From a virus (taxonomy: Duplodnaviria; Caudoviricetes): a DNA stretch of 64,000 bases. Position numbers and translations under genes: made by a program. Shown in pieces: positions 49,600 through 59,270 of the stretch (its first letter is position 1; every line of letters begins with the position of its first letter). Under the pieces are notes generated by a model that did no database searches, was not told where the DNA came from, and saw nothing but the letters and a program-made list of their open reading frames with translations. The stretch is taken from the IMG/VR virus record IMGVR_UViG_3300011008_000002; one strand, written 5' to 3'.

Positions 49600-51517
49600 T
49601 TACAGTTACCTCCTCACCTCTGGACAGAGGTTTCCCATTGACAAGAATGGTTTCATTGGGACTGAAATTCCCTCCAAACCCAGGAATTACATCTTCAGGC
49701 TCGGGTTCTTCAGTTGCTGCACTATCAGTGACTTCTGTAGTTTCACTAACTTCCTCAGCCTGCTCAGCCTCATCCTCTGTTGTTTCTTCATCTCCAGTTT
49801 CATCTGATGCATCATCTTCTGTTTCCTCGGATTCGTCAACGGTTTCCTCATTATCAGAATTATCATCAGATGTTTCAGGTTCTTTAGTCACTTCCTCAGT
49901 AGTAACTTCTTCAACAGGTTGAGTTTCCTGCCATTCCCCCACCGTTACTACTTCGGATTTATCGGTCTCCGGAGTTGCTTCAACCTCAACTTCCTTGGGT
50001 TTCTCCTCAGGAGTCACTTCGGCAACTTCCGGCTTAGTTTCCTTGTCATCCGTTACATCTACCTTCGGCTCATCAATCTCAACCTCAGTCTTAACTTCAG
50101 TAGAGTCTGTCTGAGTAGCCACCACAGATGCATCCGGTTCTTTGTACTCATCATTCCCGATTTCTTCCATCATGCCGCCAGTCATTTCACCGACATTTGT
50201 ATCCTCTTCGGGAGCAATATAAGCATCCGATGCGAGTGTAGAATCTTCCTGATATGATATAGATACACCCTGAGATTTTTCCATGCGCTCTCTCACAGAT
50301 TCAAAGTATGCCTCTTCCTGAGCACGAGCCATCTCTTCAGCCTGACGTTCAGCTTCAGCAGTATCTTCCTTCAATGCCTGAATCATGCGAGTGAAGTTTG
50401 CTTCAATCTCATCAGGGTCATCATCCCTATCTTCATCATACCTCGTATCATCGTCATCAGACGGATTATAATTCATCCGAATTCCAATCGGATGCCCGTT
50501 CATGTAGTTTTCCTGATAATTCTCAGTGAAAACTGGTTCCGGTACTTCGGATAAATCCTCATAAAGAATATTCCTTGCTTCTTCATCATTCGGATCCTGC
50601 ATTATCCGAAGCATAGCAGAAAACTTACTCTCGATACTGTTATTCATTGTTCCTTCCTCCCCATTCAAAAAGACTTTCATTTCGAGTTCCTCCTTTAATT
50701 TCTGATATCGACTATAATCCTCAGGAGTATCTATTAAGAATTGATTATCACCTATCAGTTGTTCCTGATAAACTGAAATTTCTTTACTCAATACACCCTT
50801 CGGCATTTTTATTGATGCAGCCTTTCTTTCTACTATCATGTCGATATCAACTTGTTCACCCTGTACACGTTTTCGTTCATTGTAAGTATAAATCGCCTTA
50901 CATCCAGAACGATTGGTACACATAAGTTTGTCGTATGACGAATCATACGTGAGTGGACTACCACATTTACTACAGGTAAACAAATTTTCCGTAAACCTAT
51001 GGCAATATGCATAATCCAAAATAACGGGTTCTCCATCGCGTAATCCCCAGTTTGTCATGTTCTTCTTAATGTATCCAACATCACCAAGAAGATAATCATT
51101 ACATAACCTATCGAGGATTTTCCGTATCTCGACATCATAGAGCTGCCATTTCTCGCTCGTATTGATAACTTCTACGTATTCAGCGATTAATATATACCCA
51201 TTCGTTTCGTAAGATTTTGTAACATACGGTTGTAATTCTGGACTAAGACTATATTCGATAAGATTATCCCGATAGCCTTGTTCGTCCATAGCAAACTTAA
51301 CCGCATATCCATCAATCTGTAACGCGATACGATTTGTTGCACCGCCAAGTATTTCAAAATCATACCCATAAGTGAACAAAAGGTCACCCAATATAATCAT
51401 TTTTTCTGCATTGGATTCAATCCTTCTGTTATCACAAATCGCCGCGATATATCGTAGTAAATTCTCGTGTTTCCCAAAGATGGTCTTTATTTTACTTTTA
51501 ATAACAGTCATGTTCAT
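49592..51517 (-). CDS. protein kinase-fold enzyme + Zn ribbon + long acidic tail
   Basis: GGATNR, AVKFA...E, D......NWG, PVILDY; CSKC...CTNRSGC; E/D/T-rich C-terminal ~290 aa. Confidence 0.7.
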   Translation of the reverse strand: MNMTVIKSKIKTIFGKHENLLRYIAAICDNRRIESNAEKMIILGDLLFTYGYDFEILGGATNRIALQIDGYAVKFAMDEQGYRDNLIEYSLSPELQPYVTKSYETNGYILIAEYVEVINTSEKWQLYDVEIRKILDRLCNDYLLGDVGYIKKNMTNWGLRDGEPVILDYAYCHRFTENLFTCSKCGSPLTYDSSYDKLMCTNRSGCKAIYTYNERKRVQGEQVDIDMIVERKAASIKMPKGVLSKEISVYQEQLIGDNQFLIDTPEDYSRYQKLKEELEMKVFLNGEEGTMNNSIESKFSAMLRIMQDPNDEEARNILYEDLSEVPEPVFTENYQENYMNGHPIGIRMNYNPSDDDDTRYDEDRDDDPDEIEANFTRMIQALKEDTAEAERQAEEMARAQEEAYFESVRERMEKSQGVSISYQEDSTLASDAYIAPEEDTNVGEMTGGMMEEIGNDEYKEPDASVVATQTDSTEVKTEVEIDEPKVDVTDDKETKPEVAEVTPEEKPKEVEVEATPETDKSEVVTVGEWQETQPVEEVTTEEVTKEPETSDDNSDNEETVDESEETEDDASDETGDEETTEDEAEQAEEVSETTEVTDSAATEEPEPEDVIPGFGGNFSPNETILVNGKPLSRGEEVTVNV

Positions 51518-52752
51518 CAGTCCCTTCTCATCAGATTATAGATGGAATCCAAGATTGCCTCATTTTCCGAATACATGGGATCAAGTCCTGTATCATCATT
51601 ATAAAATGAAGACATATCTATTTCATCCGCACCGATACGTTTCCGCCTTCGGCTCTTTCTTTTTCTCTGACCTTTTTCAAGAGCGGAACCAATGTTTTGA
51701 TAATTTAACAAACGGCTTTCAGACCATCCATGTTTACCGAGAAACCTGATTACCTGTCTTTGTTCAAATTCACGTCTTGTCATAGGACGTTCAGTTTTCT
51801 CATCATAAACTGTCTCATTCATATTGACAGGTTCTTCCTCGATTTGTTCACCGTTTGCTATTCTTGCAAGAAGTCCACGTTCATTATACGCAGACCATTC
51901 ATCGAAACGCTTCCTGAGATTCTCAGGAGCATTCTTAAAGAATTGACGTTCTCCATCAGATGTCTTATCTGACTTATACCATGAGTGGAATATTTTATTT
52001 AGTTCGTCTAGGTTCTGAACCCCTGATGTTCCATAGGAACCACGATAACATCCTTCCGTATTGGCGGATATACTATTTACTAAATTAATCTCGCCTATTG
52101 AAGTTTCGGGTCCGCTCATTTGAATTAGTTCAACATCACCTAGTTCCTCTCGTAATCCATCCATAACGGTGAACAAAGCATCGTCTGGAAGCGATTCTTT
52201 CTCTGTCGGTATAATACCGGCAAGATATAAATCATAGTCTTTTGCCCTTCTTGATAATATTGGCATTGGCGGTATCCACTCATTAATTAACCCGAGAGAC
52301 AAATTCTTTAGAAATTTGTCCTCTCCATACTTTTCTATCAGAGTGTCAATGTATGCATTTCGATCTTTTATTGCATTCAAATATTTGGAATAATCACGAT
52401 AAATTCGCCTAACCGCTCTAGCCTTTATCAATTCTGGAGGCACGTCTTCCTTAAGATAATATTCATCGTAAAATTCCATAGATGACTGCATAAATACTTC
52501 TTCATAATCGTTTACACATCTCGTTCTCCGAAGAATTTTCATGGTTTCGTCGTCAATTTTCTTTAAGGTTTCTTTCGATAAAACCATTTTGGGAACGATC
52601 TTTTCTTTCTCTTCTTCTTGTTGATTTTCTTCATCGTCATCTGTATCAGTAATATTATGGGTCTTCTTATATTCTTCATACGAATTAGTATCACCGAAGA
52701 AGATGTTCAGATCGTCGAGATTTACGACTACTTCTCTTTCATCATCGTCCAT
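51517..52752 (-). CDS. hypothetical protein, first gene of the kinase/PolB-like operon
   Basis: 411 aa, SD AAAGGAGG, TATATTAAA at 52785-52794. Confidence 0.8.
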   Translation of the reverse strand: MDDDEREVVVNLDDLNIFFGDTNSYEEYKKTHNITDTDDDEENQQEEEKEKIVPKMVLSKETLKKIDDETMKILRRTRCVNDYEEVFMQSSMEFYDEYYLKEDVPPELIKARAVRRIYRDYSKYLNAIKDRNAYIDTLIEKYGEDKFLKNLSLGLINEWIPPMPILSRRAKDYDLYLAGIIPTEKESLPDDALFTVMDGLREELGDVELIQMSGPETSIGEINLVNSISANTEGCYRGSYGTSGVQNLDELNKIFHSWYKSDKTSDGERQFFKNAPENLRKRFDEWSAYNERGLLARIANGEQIEEEPVNMNETVYDEKTERPMTRREFEQRQVIRFLGKHGWSESRLLNYQNIGSALEKGQRKRKSRRRKRIGADEIDMSSFYNDDTGLDPMYSENEAILDSIYNLMRRD

Positions 52753-52785
52753 ACCATATTTTCCTCCTTTCAGGTTGATGTCTTT

Positions 52786-53613
52786 TTAATATATATTTAT
52801 TTTGCCAAATATCGTTTCCGTTCGAAAGATATTTTCAAGAACATCTAACCCACTTTCTGTAAGTCGAATATCAGTTTTATACGTAGACTTAAATGCTGAC
52901 CGCTTATTATCTTCAGTCATTCTATTGTATTTATGATCTGCTCTTGAATACCAGAGGTAGCAATCTTTACTATAGTTCGTAAATGGTGATATTTTATCCA
53001 CCGGTTCTTTTACCTCAAGTATTATATAGATCGTGAAATCTTGCAATCTCTTACAATGTGAATGCAAATGTTTCATTTCATATAAATGAGCATTAGGGAG
53101 CCAATATTGATAATAAAATAGCATTGGAGCTGACGGATTAGTTGGTTCAAATCGGTTCTGCCCCAAAACATAGAAAAGCAAGTCTCTAAGACTAGCCAAT
53201 GTTGGATTATCAATAAAGGAGACCATCGGGTCAGTCATATAAGTATTCCTGTAGATTGGATTAATCGTACCGAGAGTACGGATCAACGAAGAGATAATAA
53301 CATAATAGGGATTTTTGTTGACATATCTCCAATCTTCTTCTGTAATATACCCATTCGGGATATCTATTTCATTCTTTTCGTCATTCTTTATCAACCATAT
53401 TCCGTCGTGACTAGGGTTGGTCAGTAATAGATTACAACTAAAACTGACCAACTCTGGAACGTCTGACTGGAACCCTTCGGGATAACTACGAGAATGAATT
53501 TTGCTAGTGATAAATAACTCCGGATGGTTAAGCGGGCACAATCCGTTTATAGGATTTTTGTCCGGTCGATATTTCTGTTCAAATTCTTTTCTATCAAAGT
53601 ATATTTCCCTCAT
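52786..53613 (-). CDS. hypothetical protein
   Basis: 275 aa, SD AAAGGA. Confidence 0.7.
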   Translation of the reverse strand: MREIYFDRKEFEQKYRPDKNPINGLCPLNHPELFITSKIHSRSYPEGFQSDVPELVSFSCNLLLTNPSHDGIWLIKNDEKNEIDIPNGYITEEDWRYVNKNPYYVIISSLIRTLGTINPIYRNTYMTDPMVSFIDNPTLASLRDLLFYVLGQNRFEPTNPSAPMLFYYQYWLPNAHLYEMKHLHSHCKRLQDFTIYIILEVKEPVDKISPFTNYSKDCYLWYSRADHKYNRMTEDNKRSAFKSTYKTDIRLTESGLDVLENIFRTETIFGKINIY

Positions 53614-53636
53614 AATAGTTCCTTTCTTTGTGATTT

Positions 53637-54173
53637 TTATAAAAGAGTATCGTCGTTATCAACCCATTCCATTGCTGTATGCCTGATATAGTTATTATGA
53701 TCAACTCTTATATAAACATCACGAATTCCAGAATTGATAATAACCATCTTACAATTCCTGCACATTTCAGGCTTAGCTACATAATCCTTAGTCGTCATAT
53801 TAATACCAACGATATATAAAGATGTACCCTTCATCATTCTTCTACTTGCAGAAATTATTGCATTTATAGGAGCATGGACACTTCGGCACATAGAATCTCC
53901 GCATCCACCAACCTTGCTTCCAATGTCTTTATAACAACAACCAATGTCAATGCAGTTTCTCCGTCCTCTAGGAACACCCATATAACCAGAACTTATGAGT
54001 TCATCCCCGTCAACGATAACTGCACCATAATGGTATTTAAGACATGTACTGTTCTGAGATATGGTCTCTGCGACATCTAAGTAGTAATTGACTTTGTCTC
54101 TGCGAATATTCATACCACTAATAAGTTTACCCGTAATAAGATCAGACTCATTCGGTAACAAAAGGTCGTTCAT
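53637..54173 (-). CDS. dCMP deaminase/ComEB-family homolog with HAE->HAP
   Basis: STC...YGAVIV, SGYMGVPRG, VHAPINAI, MCRNC; start revised to ATG 54173 behind AAAGGAGG. Confidence 0.8.
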   Translation of the reverse strand: MNDLLLPNESDLITGKLISGMNIRRDKVNYYLDVAETISQNSTCLKYHYGAVIVDGDELISSGYMGVPRGRRNCIDIGCCYKDIGSKVGGCGDSMCRSVHAPINAIISASRRMMKGTSLYIVGINMTTKDYVAKPEMCRNCKMVIINSGIRDVYIRVDHNNYIRHTAMEWVDNDDTLL

Positions 54174-54267
54174 ATAAACACCTCCTTTATTTGATTTTAC
54201 AGTAGTGTAATTGCAATAGTGAATTGGTATAACGATACCCTCATCGCTATACCAATTCATCTTAACT

Positions 54268-54966
54268 TCAAGCATAACTTTTCTGTAACTTAGGATCAAT
54301 TCCTTCTTCCATAGGAGTTTCTCCATCGACATCCAGATATACGTATTGTACGTAAAGAACTTTATTTGCTTCACGTAGAGCTTCAGGGTCAGCCTTGAAT
54401 TTCTTTGATAATTGTACTTGTTCATCTAATGTCATAAGGAGAGAGTCCGGAATCCAATCATAGTACTTCTTTGTGAATTCTACAAACCTTCCATACACAC
54501 ACCAGAGCGGAATTGTCAACTGACCATCGTGAACTAATTGATGGCAAGTAATTGACAGAGGAACTAAACCAACTAACCCAGAGTAATGAAGTCTCATTAC
54601 TTCTTCTGCTACTTTAAGTTCATCAATTACTCCGTCATATACTTCCTCATGTTTACGCATAACGATATCTGTGATAGAAAATAGAGTAAAGGGTGCATGA
54701 TGAATTTCTATCATACCCTTTTTCTTATCTCCCTTGAATGAATTCAAAAAAGTACATTCGTTCATGTTTACATACTTTCTCAAGTATGCAATGATATCGC
54801 TATACTCTAGCGACCCCCTGCAATATGATTCGATCTCTTTCGTAAGTTTTACCCTTTGTTTATCATTTGAGATAACGGGTAATCTCGGTATGATTATCGG
54901 TTTATCTATGTGAACATGTTTGATAGGACTCAGAGATGAACCGATTTCTTTTGGCGGAACCCTCAT
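54268..54966 (-). CDS. HNH-like protein, paralog of 46080..46772
   Basis: EIHHAPFTLF...LSITCHQLVH; start ATG 54966 behind GGAGGTG; CACA-N6-TA at 54996-55007. Confidence 0.6.
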   Translation of the reverse strand: MRVPPKEIGSSLSPIKHVHIDKPIIIPRLPVISNDKQRVKLTKEIESYCRGSLEYSDIIAYLRKYVNMNECTFLNSFKGDKKKGMIEIHHAPFTLFSITDIVMRKHEEVYDGVIDELKVAEEVMRLHYSGLVGLVPLSITCHQLVHDGQLTIPLWCVYGRFVEFTKKYYDWIPDSLLMTLDEQVQLSKKFKADPEALREANKVLYVQYVYLDVDGETPMEEGIDPKLQKSYA

Positions 54967-55026
54967 ACTAATCACCTCCATAACAGTCATCCTATTATGG
55001 AGGTGTGTATTTTACGATGTTTTGAG

Positions 55027-56031
55027 TTAGCCCATTCTTATGGAGTCAAGGAACCTATCATACTCCTTATAACAATCAATCAATTCGTTTATAATCAATT
55101 GATACTGTAAATTATAAGGTCCCTCACGATAATCCAAAGTCTCCTCAAATCGACTAATTGGTGTCAGAGTACGGTATGTTACCTTGGGTTTTACCGGAGC
55201 AGCTCCCTTTGCACCACTCTTTACCGTACTTACTTCCCTGACAGGGTTCTTTTCCTTCGTTTGCCCATCAGACTCATACATTAAGAATTCAGATACGAAC
55301 TCTCTGAAGATATGAGCATCTTCATCATCACTATCGAGTACAAGTCTCAAGTTCTCAACATCTTTTACCCAATTCTCAATATCCTCATCTGTCCAATTAG
55401 CCGGTGTCTTTACATGACTATCATACCACTTATCCTTAAGACGCTGTCTCATTTCATATATACAAGCATGAGTAAGTTCGTGCTTAATGACTCCAGGATA
55501 AGTATCAGGATTAATCGAGTCGGATTTCTCGAATACGATGATGAGATGGTTGGTTTCGTTCACAAGAACTTCCATTTTACCAGGTTCGCCTGTCTCTTCG
55601 TTGATCTCCGAATAGTCAGCAACTTCCGTCGTTACCTGCACTGATTTGGACTCACAGTACCCATCACAATCCATATCAGCATCAATATTCGGGAATTGAG
55701 CTTTCACACTTTTCACAAAATCTTCATTTATTCCATTATCAAGATTTGCGAAATATTCGATATGCATCATCCCGTCTTCAGTAGAATACGTATGATGTTT
55801 GAACCTGTCTCCTTTCAATGCCGGATACAGATTAATCTTTAATTCAGGTGCTATACCGAATACATAAGATTTACCAACGATATCTTCTATTGCTTCAGCA
55901 CCTTGATATTCTCTGTATCCATCTGTAGCAAGTGTCATAAAGAACTGTTTCCTGATGTCAGAGAACCTCTGTTTGAGACCAAGCCTTAGCATAGTTGTCC
56001 AAAGCTTAGCATAGTCCAATTTTGTTTCCAT
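55027..56031 (-). CDS. putative zincin metallopeptidase-like protein
   Basis: IKHELTH (HExxH); TATATTAAA at 56095-56104. Confidence 0.55.
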   Translation of the reverse strand: METKLDYAKLWTTMLRLGLKQRFSDIRKQFFMTLATDGYREYQGAEAIEDIVGKSYVFGIAPELKINLYPALKGDRFKHHTYSTEDGMMHIEYFANLDNGINEDFVKSVKAQFPNIDADMDCDGYCESKSVQVTTEVADYSEINEETGEPGKMEVLVNETNHLIIVFEKSDSINPDTYPGVIKHELTHACIYEMRQRLKDKWYDSHVKTPANWTDEDIENWVKDVENLRLVLDSDDEDAHIFREFVSEFLMYESDGQTKEKNPVREVSTVKSGAKGAAPVKPKVTYRTLTPISRFEETLDYREGPYNLQYQLIINELIDCYKEYDRFLDSIRMG

Positions 56032-56113
56032 TGTTTATACCTAACCTTTCTTATAAAGTTTATAAACGTAGATAAATTTCTTATCTACGTTTATTTTAAT
56101 ATAGCAACAAGTT

Positions 56114-56617
56114 CTATTCAACAATTCCAATCTGAGCTAATGCAGCAGCCCTATCAAGTTTTCTTTGCCATTGTTCGCGATACGGAATCATTGAGGATAG
56201 TGTAACATATTCTGTGAGCTCACTGTCCAAGACAGCTACATAGTCAATAGCAAATAGATTGGTGATTTTAAGTCGCCTATCTTCACTTGATGGGTTTGAT
56301 TCCATAATAGCTCTGTAAAAGCATATGCAGTTTCTTTCCGGATCAAATGTATCATTGAATTCTATAATTAAAAATAATTGGTTATCTTCAATTTCTTCTC
56401 CGAGCAAATGACCGACAATCTGTTTCGAGTCAACTTTGGTGTAATCAGAGAGTTTGGTATCGTACTTATAATCATAGAGACTATTATGATATATAACAAC
56501 TCCCTGTCCAAGCTCTTTATATTGCTCTAATGCTGTTACCAAATCTGAAACACTCGGTAATCTATCACCAGCACCAGACGATGATACTGCCTGAAGTTTT
56601 AACCTATAAATACTCAT
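56114..56617 (-). CDS. hypothetical protein
   Basis: 167 aa, SD GGAGG. Confidence 0.7.
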   Translation of the reverse strand: MSIYRLKLQAVSSSGAGDRLPSVSDLVTALEQYKELGQGVVIYHNSLYDYKYDTKLSDYTKVDSKQIVGHLLGEEIEDNQLFLIIEFNDTFDPERNCICFYRAIMESNPSSEDRRLKITNLFAIDYVAVLDSELTEYVTLSSMIPYREQWQRKLDRAAALAQIGIVE

Positions 56618-57001
56618 CTACTGCCCTCCATATCTCACATAATCGTAGCTTACAATTCGGTTCTGATTATCGTGGTTTTTCATAATCTTTGGGAATAACC
56701 TTCCTTTTCCATTATTTATGAAAAACATATTGGTTGCATCAGAGGGTATCTTTAACGCTATATAAAACGTATCATTATAAGTATCAACTTCACAATTCAC
56801 AAATTTAACAGATTGAAGCGAGGCTACAACTTTATCAGAATTTAACACATCCCCGGCAGTATCAAATACAAATAAATCGTAGCCAGTATCTTTACCCGTA
56901 TCAAGTTTGTCCATTGAATCAATCACCATTTTAGCAAAATCTATCGGACTGATATCACCTGGGCGTTTTACTTCAATAATGAAGTTCACATCTTTATGCA
57001 T
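56618..57001 (-). CDS. hypothetical protein
   Basis: 127 aa, SD AAAGGAGG. Confidence 0.7.
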   Translation of the reverse strand: MHKDVNFIIEVKRPGDISPIDFAKMVIDSMDKLDTGKDTGYDLFVFDTAGDVLNSDKVVASLQSVKFVNCEVDTYNDTFYIALKIPSDATNMFFINNGKGRLFPKIMKNHDNQNRIVSYDYVRYGGQ

Positions 57002-57016
57002 TGGATAATACCTCCT

Positions 57017-57661
57017 TTAATAATCTACAAAAACAGCTGTGTCTGGATATCTGGAAAATATATCTGTTGTATTAAAGTTTGATGTTATATGACTACCTTT
57101 TGAAGTATACATTTTCCAGAAATAAACAATGTCAATGAAACTAGAAACTTCAGCAAACTGTCGTTTTTCACGTATTGACTGTTTGACAGAAGTATATGCA
57201 TATACGGTAAATAGCAACGATAATAATTTATTGTCTGAATCATTCATTTTCCGTATATATTTTGTGAGAGGTGCACTTGCGAGCATAACACTAGATAACT
57301 CATTACATATATATGCGGCATTTTCATTGATAAATTTATCAGTGAAGAAATGTATTTGTGATTCAGTAAATATAGCGTAACATTTACCGTCTTTTGAAGT
57401 TTGAGTAATCAGTTTGCGTTGTAATACTGTATATAAATCAGTCGAAAGATCATCAGACAATATTTGACAGAATATAGCATTGGACTCACATTCATATATA
57501 ACCATTTCTACGTCATCATCTAGCAATTTATACTCTTTATAATACGAAATAGCTATAAACGGATTACTTGTCCATGCAATAACTATTTTACTAGAGCCTT
57601 CTTCATAATCCCCTTCAGATAGTATTACATAAAATTTGGTCATCTTCAACTGGGTTGCCAT
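57017..57661 (-). CDS. hypothetical protein
   Basis: 214 aa, SD AGGGGGG. Confidence 0.7.
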   Translation of the reverse strand: MATQLKMTKFYVILSEGDYEEGSSKIVIAWTSNPFIAISYYKEYKLLDDDVEMVIYECESNAIFCQILSDDLSTDLYTVLQRKLITQTSKDGKCYAIFTESQIHFFTDKFINENAAYICNELSSVMLASAPLTKYIRKMNDSDNKLLSLLFTVYAYTSVKQSIREKRQFAEVSSFIDIVYFWKMYTSKGSHITSNFNTTDIFSRYPDTAVFVDY

Positions 57662-58439
57662 TGATGTATTTCACACCCCCTATCATTCCTTGAAGTTCAT
57701 ATGTTACTATGATAAATATCAGGAACTCATACCAATGGTTTATTACAGCTGTCCAGTCACAAGTTTCTTGGTCTATAATGTCTGGACATTCCTTTATCAT
57801 GAACGAGCGTAACGGTTCTTTTAACCCATTAACCCACGGAATATTATCAGACTCACCGTGGTCAGTTGCAATGATTAAAAGTATAGCATAGAACCCTTTT
57901 AGTTTGTTAAATAATTTCGATAAAATCTCACCTCTTTCAGAATTTAAGAAACTAGAGCTTAGGTGGTTCTTCCCAGTATTCAGAAAAAATTCTGCCCCAC
58001 CAATAATGGCAGGGAGAAAATCATCCATGTGTATATCAAATCCTTCCACATAACTTTCCATATCATCAAACATATCCTCGGTTCCATATATAGTAATACC
58101 TAACCAATCTACTGTATCTGACTCCATCATAGAACCACCAGTAATTTTCTCACCGAAAATCTTATGCATCCTTTCTTCTATTAGTTCACGATAGCTACAG
58201 TTTTCAATTATCACTACATCATATGGAATTTTTGATATGAATTGGTCATAAAACCTTAGGAAACTTATGAATATTTCTCTGTTATGTGAAAAAGTGTGAT
58301 TAAGGAACGGATAAATCTGATACTCGTTACTCAATTTTTCGAATAGTTCTTCATCGGTAAATACAAGGACATACCAATTATATAGTACACCCTTGTTTTC
58401 TTCATACCACGGTTTAGTAAGTTCTATCATTTCATTCAT
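57615..58439 (-). CDS. hypothetical protein
   Basis: 274 aa, SD AAGGAGG. Confidence 0.7.
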   Translation of the reverse strand: MNEMIELTKPWYEENKGVLYNWYVLVFTDEELFEKLSNEYQIYPFLNHTFSHNREIFISFLRFYDQFISKIPYDVVIIENCSYRELIEERMHKIFGEKITGGSMMESDTVDWLGITIYGTEDMFDDMESYVEGFDIHMDDFLPAIIGGAEFFLNTGKNHLSSSFLNSERGEILSKLFNKLKGFYAILLIIATDHGESDNIPWVNGLKEPLRSFMIKECPDIIDQETCDWTAVINHWYEFLIFIIVTYELQGMIGGVKYINGNPVEDDQILCNTI

Positions 58440-58444
58440 CCTCC

Positions 58445-58783
58445 TTAGTTAGGAGTCATTTCATCAGCCATATCAGATAATGTTCTGACAACATTTCTAG
58501 CTGAGCTATTTATCTTTGTATCTAAAGTTCTTATACTCTCGCTATCAAAATCTCTTATAACTTTGTCAATGTCAATGTATTTCCCGTATTCCCTAACGCT
58601 ACTAGCATTTTCGATATCTGATACAATCTCAGACATCACTTCAAGTCCTTTCTTAAACAAAATCTTGTCTTCTTCAGATTGTGGAACCAATGCCGGGAGT
58701 GCCCGCATAACATCCTTAAAGCGATTTGCTGTAATCTTAGCAAACTCCGATACTATCTGTGCATCTTCTCTGATATTTGACAT
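58445..58783 (-). CDS. hypothetical protein
   Basis: 112 aa, SD AAAGGAGG. Confidence 0.7.
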   Translation of the reverse strand: MSNIREDAQIVSEFAKITANRFKDVMRALPALVPQSEEDKILFKKGLEVMSEIVSDIENASSVREYGKYIDIDKVIRDFDSESIRTLDTKINSSARNVVRTLSDMADEMTPN

Positions 58784-58789
58784 TTTGAA

Positions 58790-58978
58790 TTACCTCCTTT
58801 GAGTAAGCTTAACGATTTTAGTTACCGTTTCTCCAATGTTACATACAACCTGTACTAATGTAAGAATTCCCATTACGATTATCACGAAGCAAGTTGCTAG
58901 ACACAATGTAATTATAAAATACAGTAAGTCCCATACTTCATGATTTACAATTTTCTTAAGTAAATCTTTAATGTTCAT
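58790..58978 (-). CDS. small membrane protein
   Basis: 62 aa, one TM, SD GAGGAGG. Confidence 0.65.
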   Translation of the reverse strand: MNIKDLLKKIVNHEVWDLLYFIITLCLATCFVIIVMGILTLVQVVCNIGETVTKIVKLTQRR

Positions 58979-59121
58979 TCGTAAACATCCTCCTCAAATT
59001 ATTTTAGTTGTAATATATTTACCAAAAGTTTATAAGATATACAAAAAATGAACCAACGGCAAGAATGAGTATTCAAACCGTTGGTTCTTTCTACAACTGC
59101 TAATTTGATAAAATGTTTGCG

Positions 59122-59223
59122 TTACCAGTCTTCGCTTTCTTCATCATTGTCGGGCGCTGGTACTCCCATAACGTCAATATCAGTTTCCCGATCATCGTCG
59201 TCATAATAAAAATTTAATATCAT
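59122..59223 (-). CDS. small acidic peptide (33 aa, MILNFYYDDDDRETDID...EDW)
   Basis: Manual translation, SD AAAGGAGG, terminator 59052-59086. Confidence 0.55.
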   Translation of the reverse strand: MILNFYYDDDDRETDIDVMGVPAPDNDEESEDW

Positions 59224-59270
59224 CTGTGTTTCCTCCTTTCCTTATCATATGTATATTATGATGATGGTCC

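Larger units (their letters stand above)
680..55007. promoter_or_regulatory. dispersed promoter motif (A/C/T)ACA-N6-TA
   Basis: - strand: 680, 1728, 8922, 17128, 17755, 21030, 26631, 42365, 45423, 54996; + strand: 21080, 22329, 26758, 28055, 29935, 37673, 39615, 45461. Matches the AACA-N6-TA late consensus of Bacillus phage AR9. Confidence 0.75.

Noticed and set aside
54174-54425. N-terminal extension of the deaminase ORF
   Set aside because: Overlaps the upstream gene; the SD supports ATG 54173
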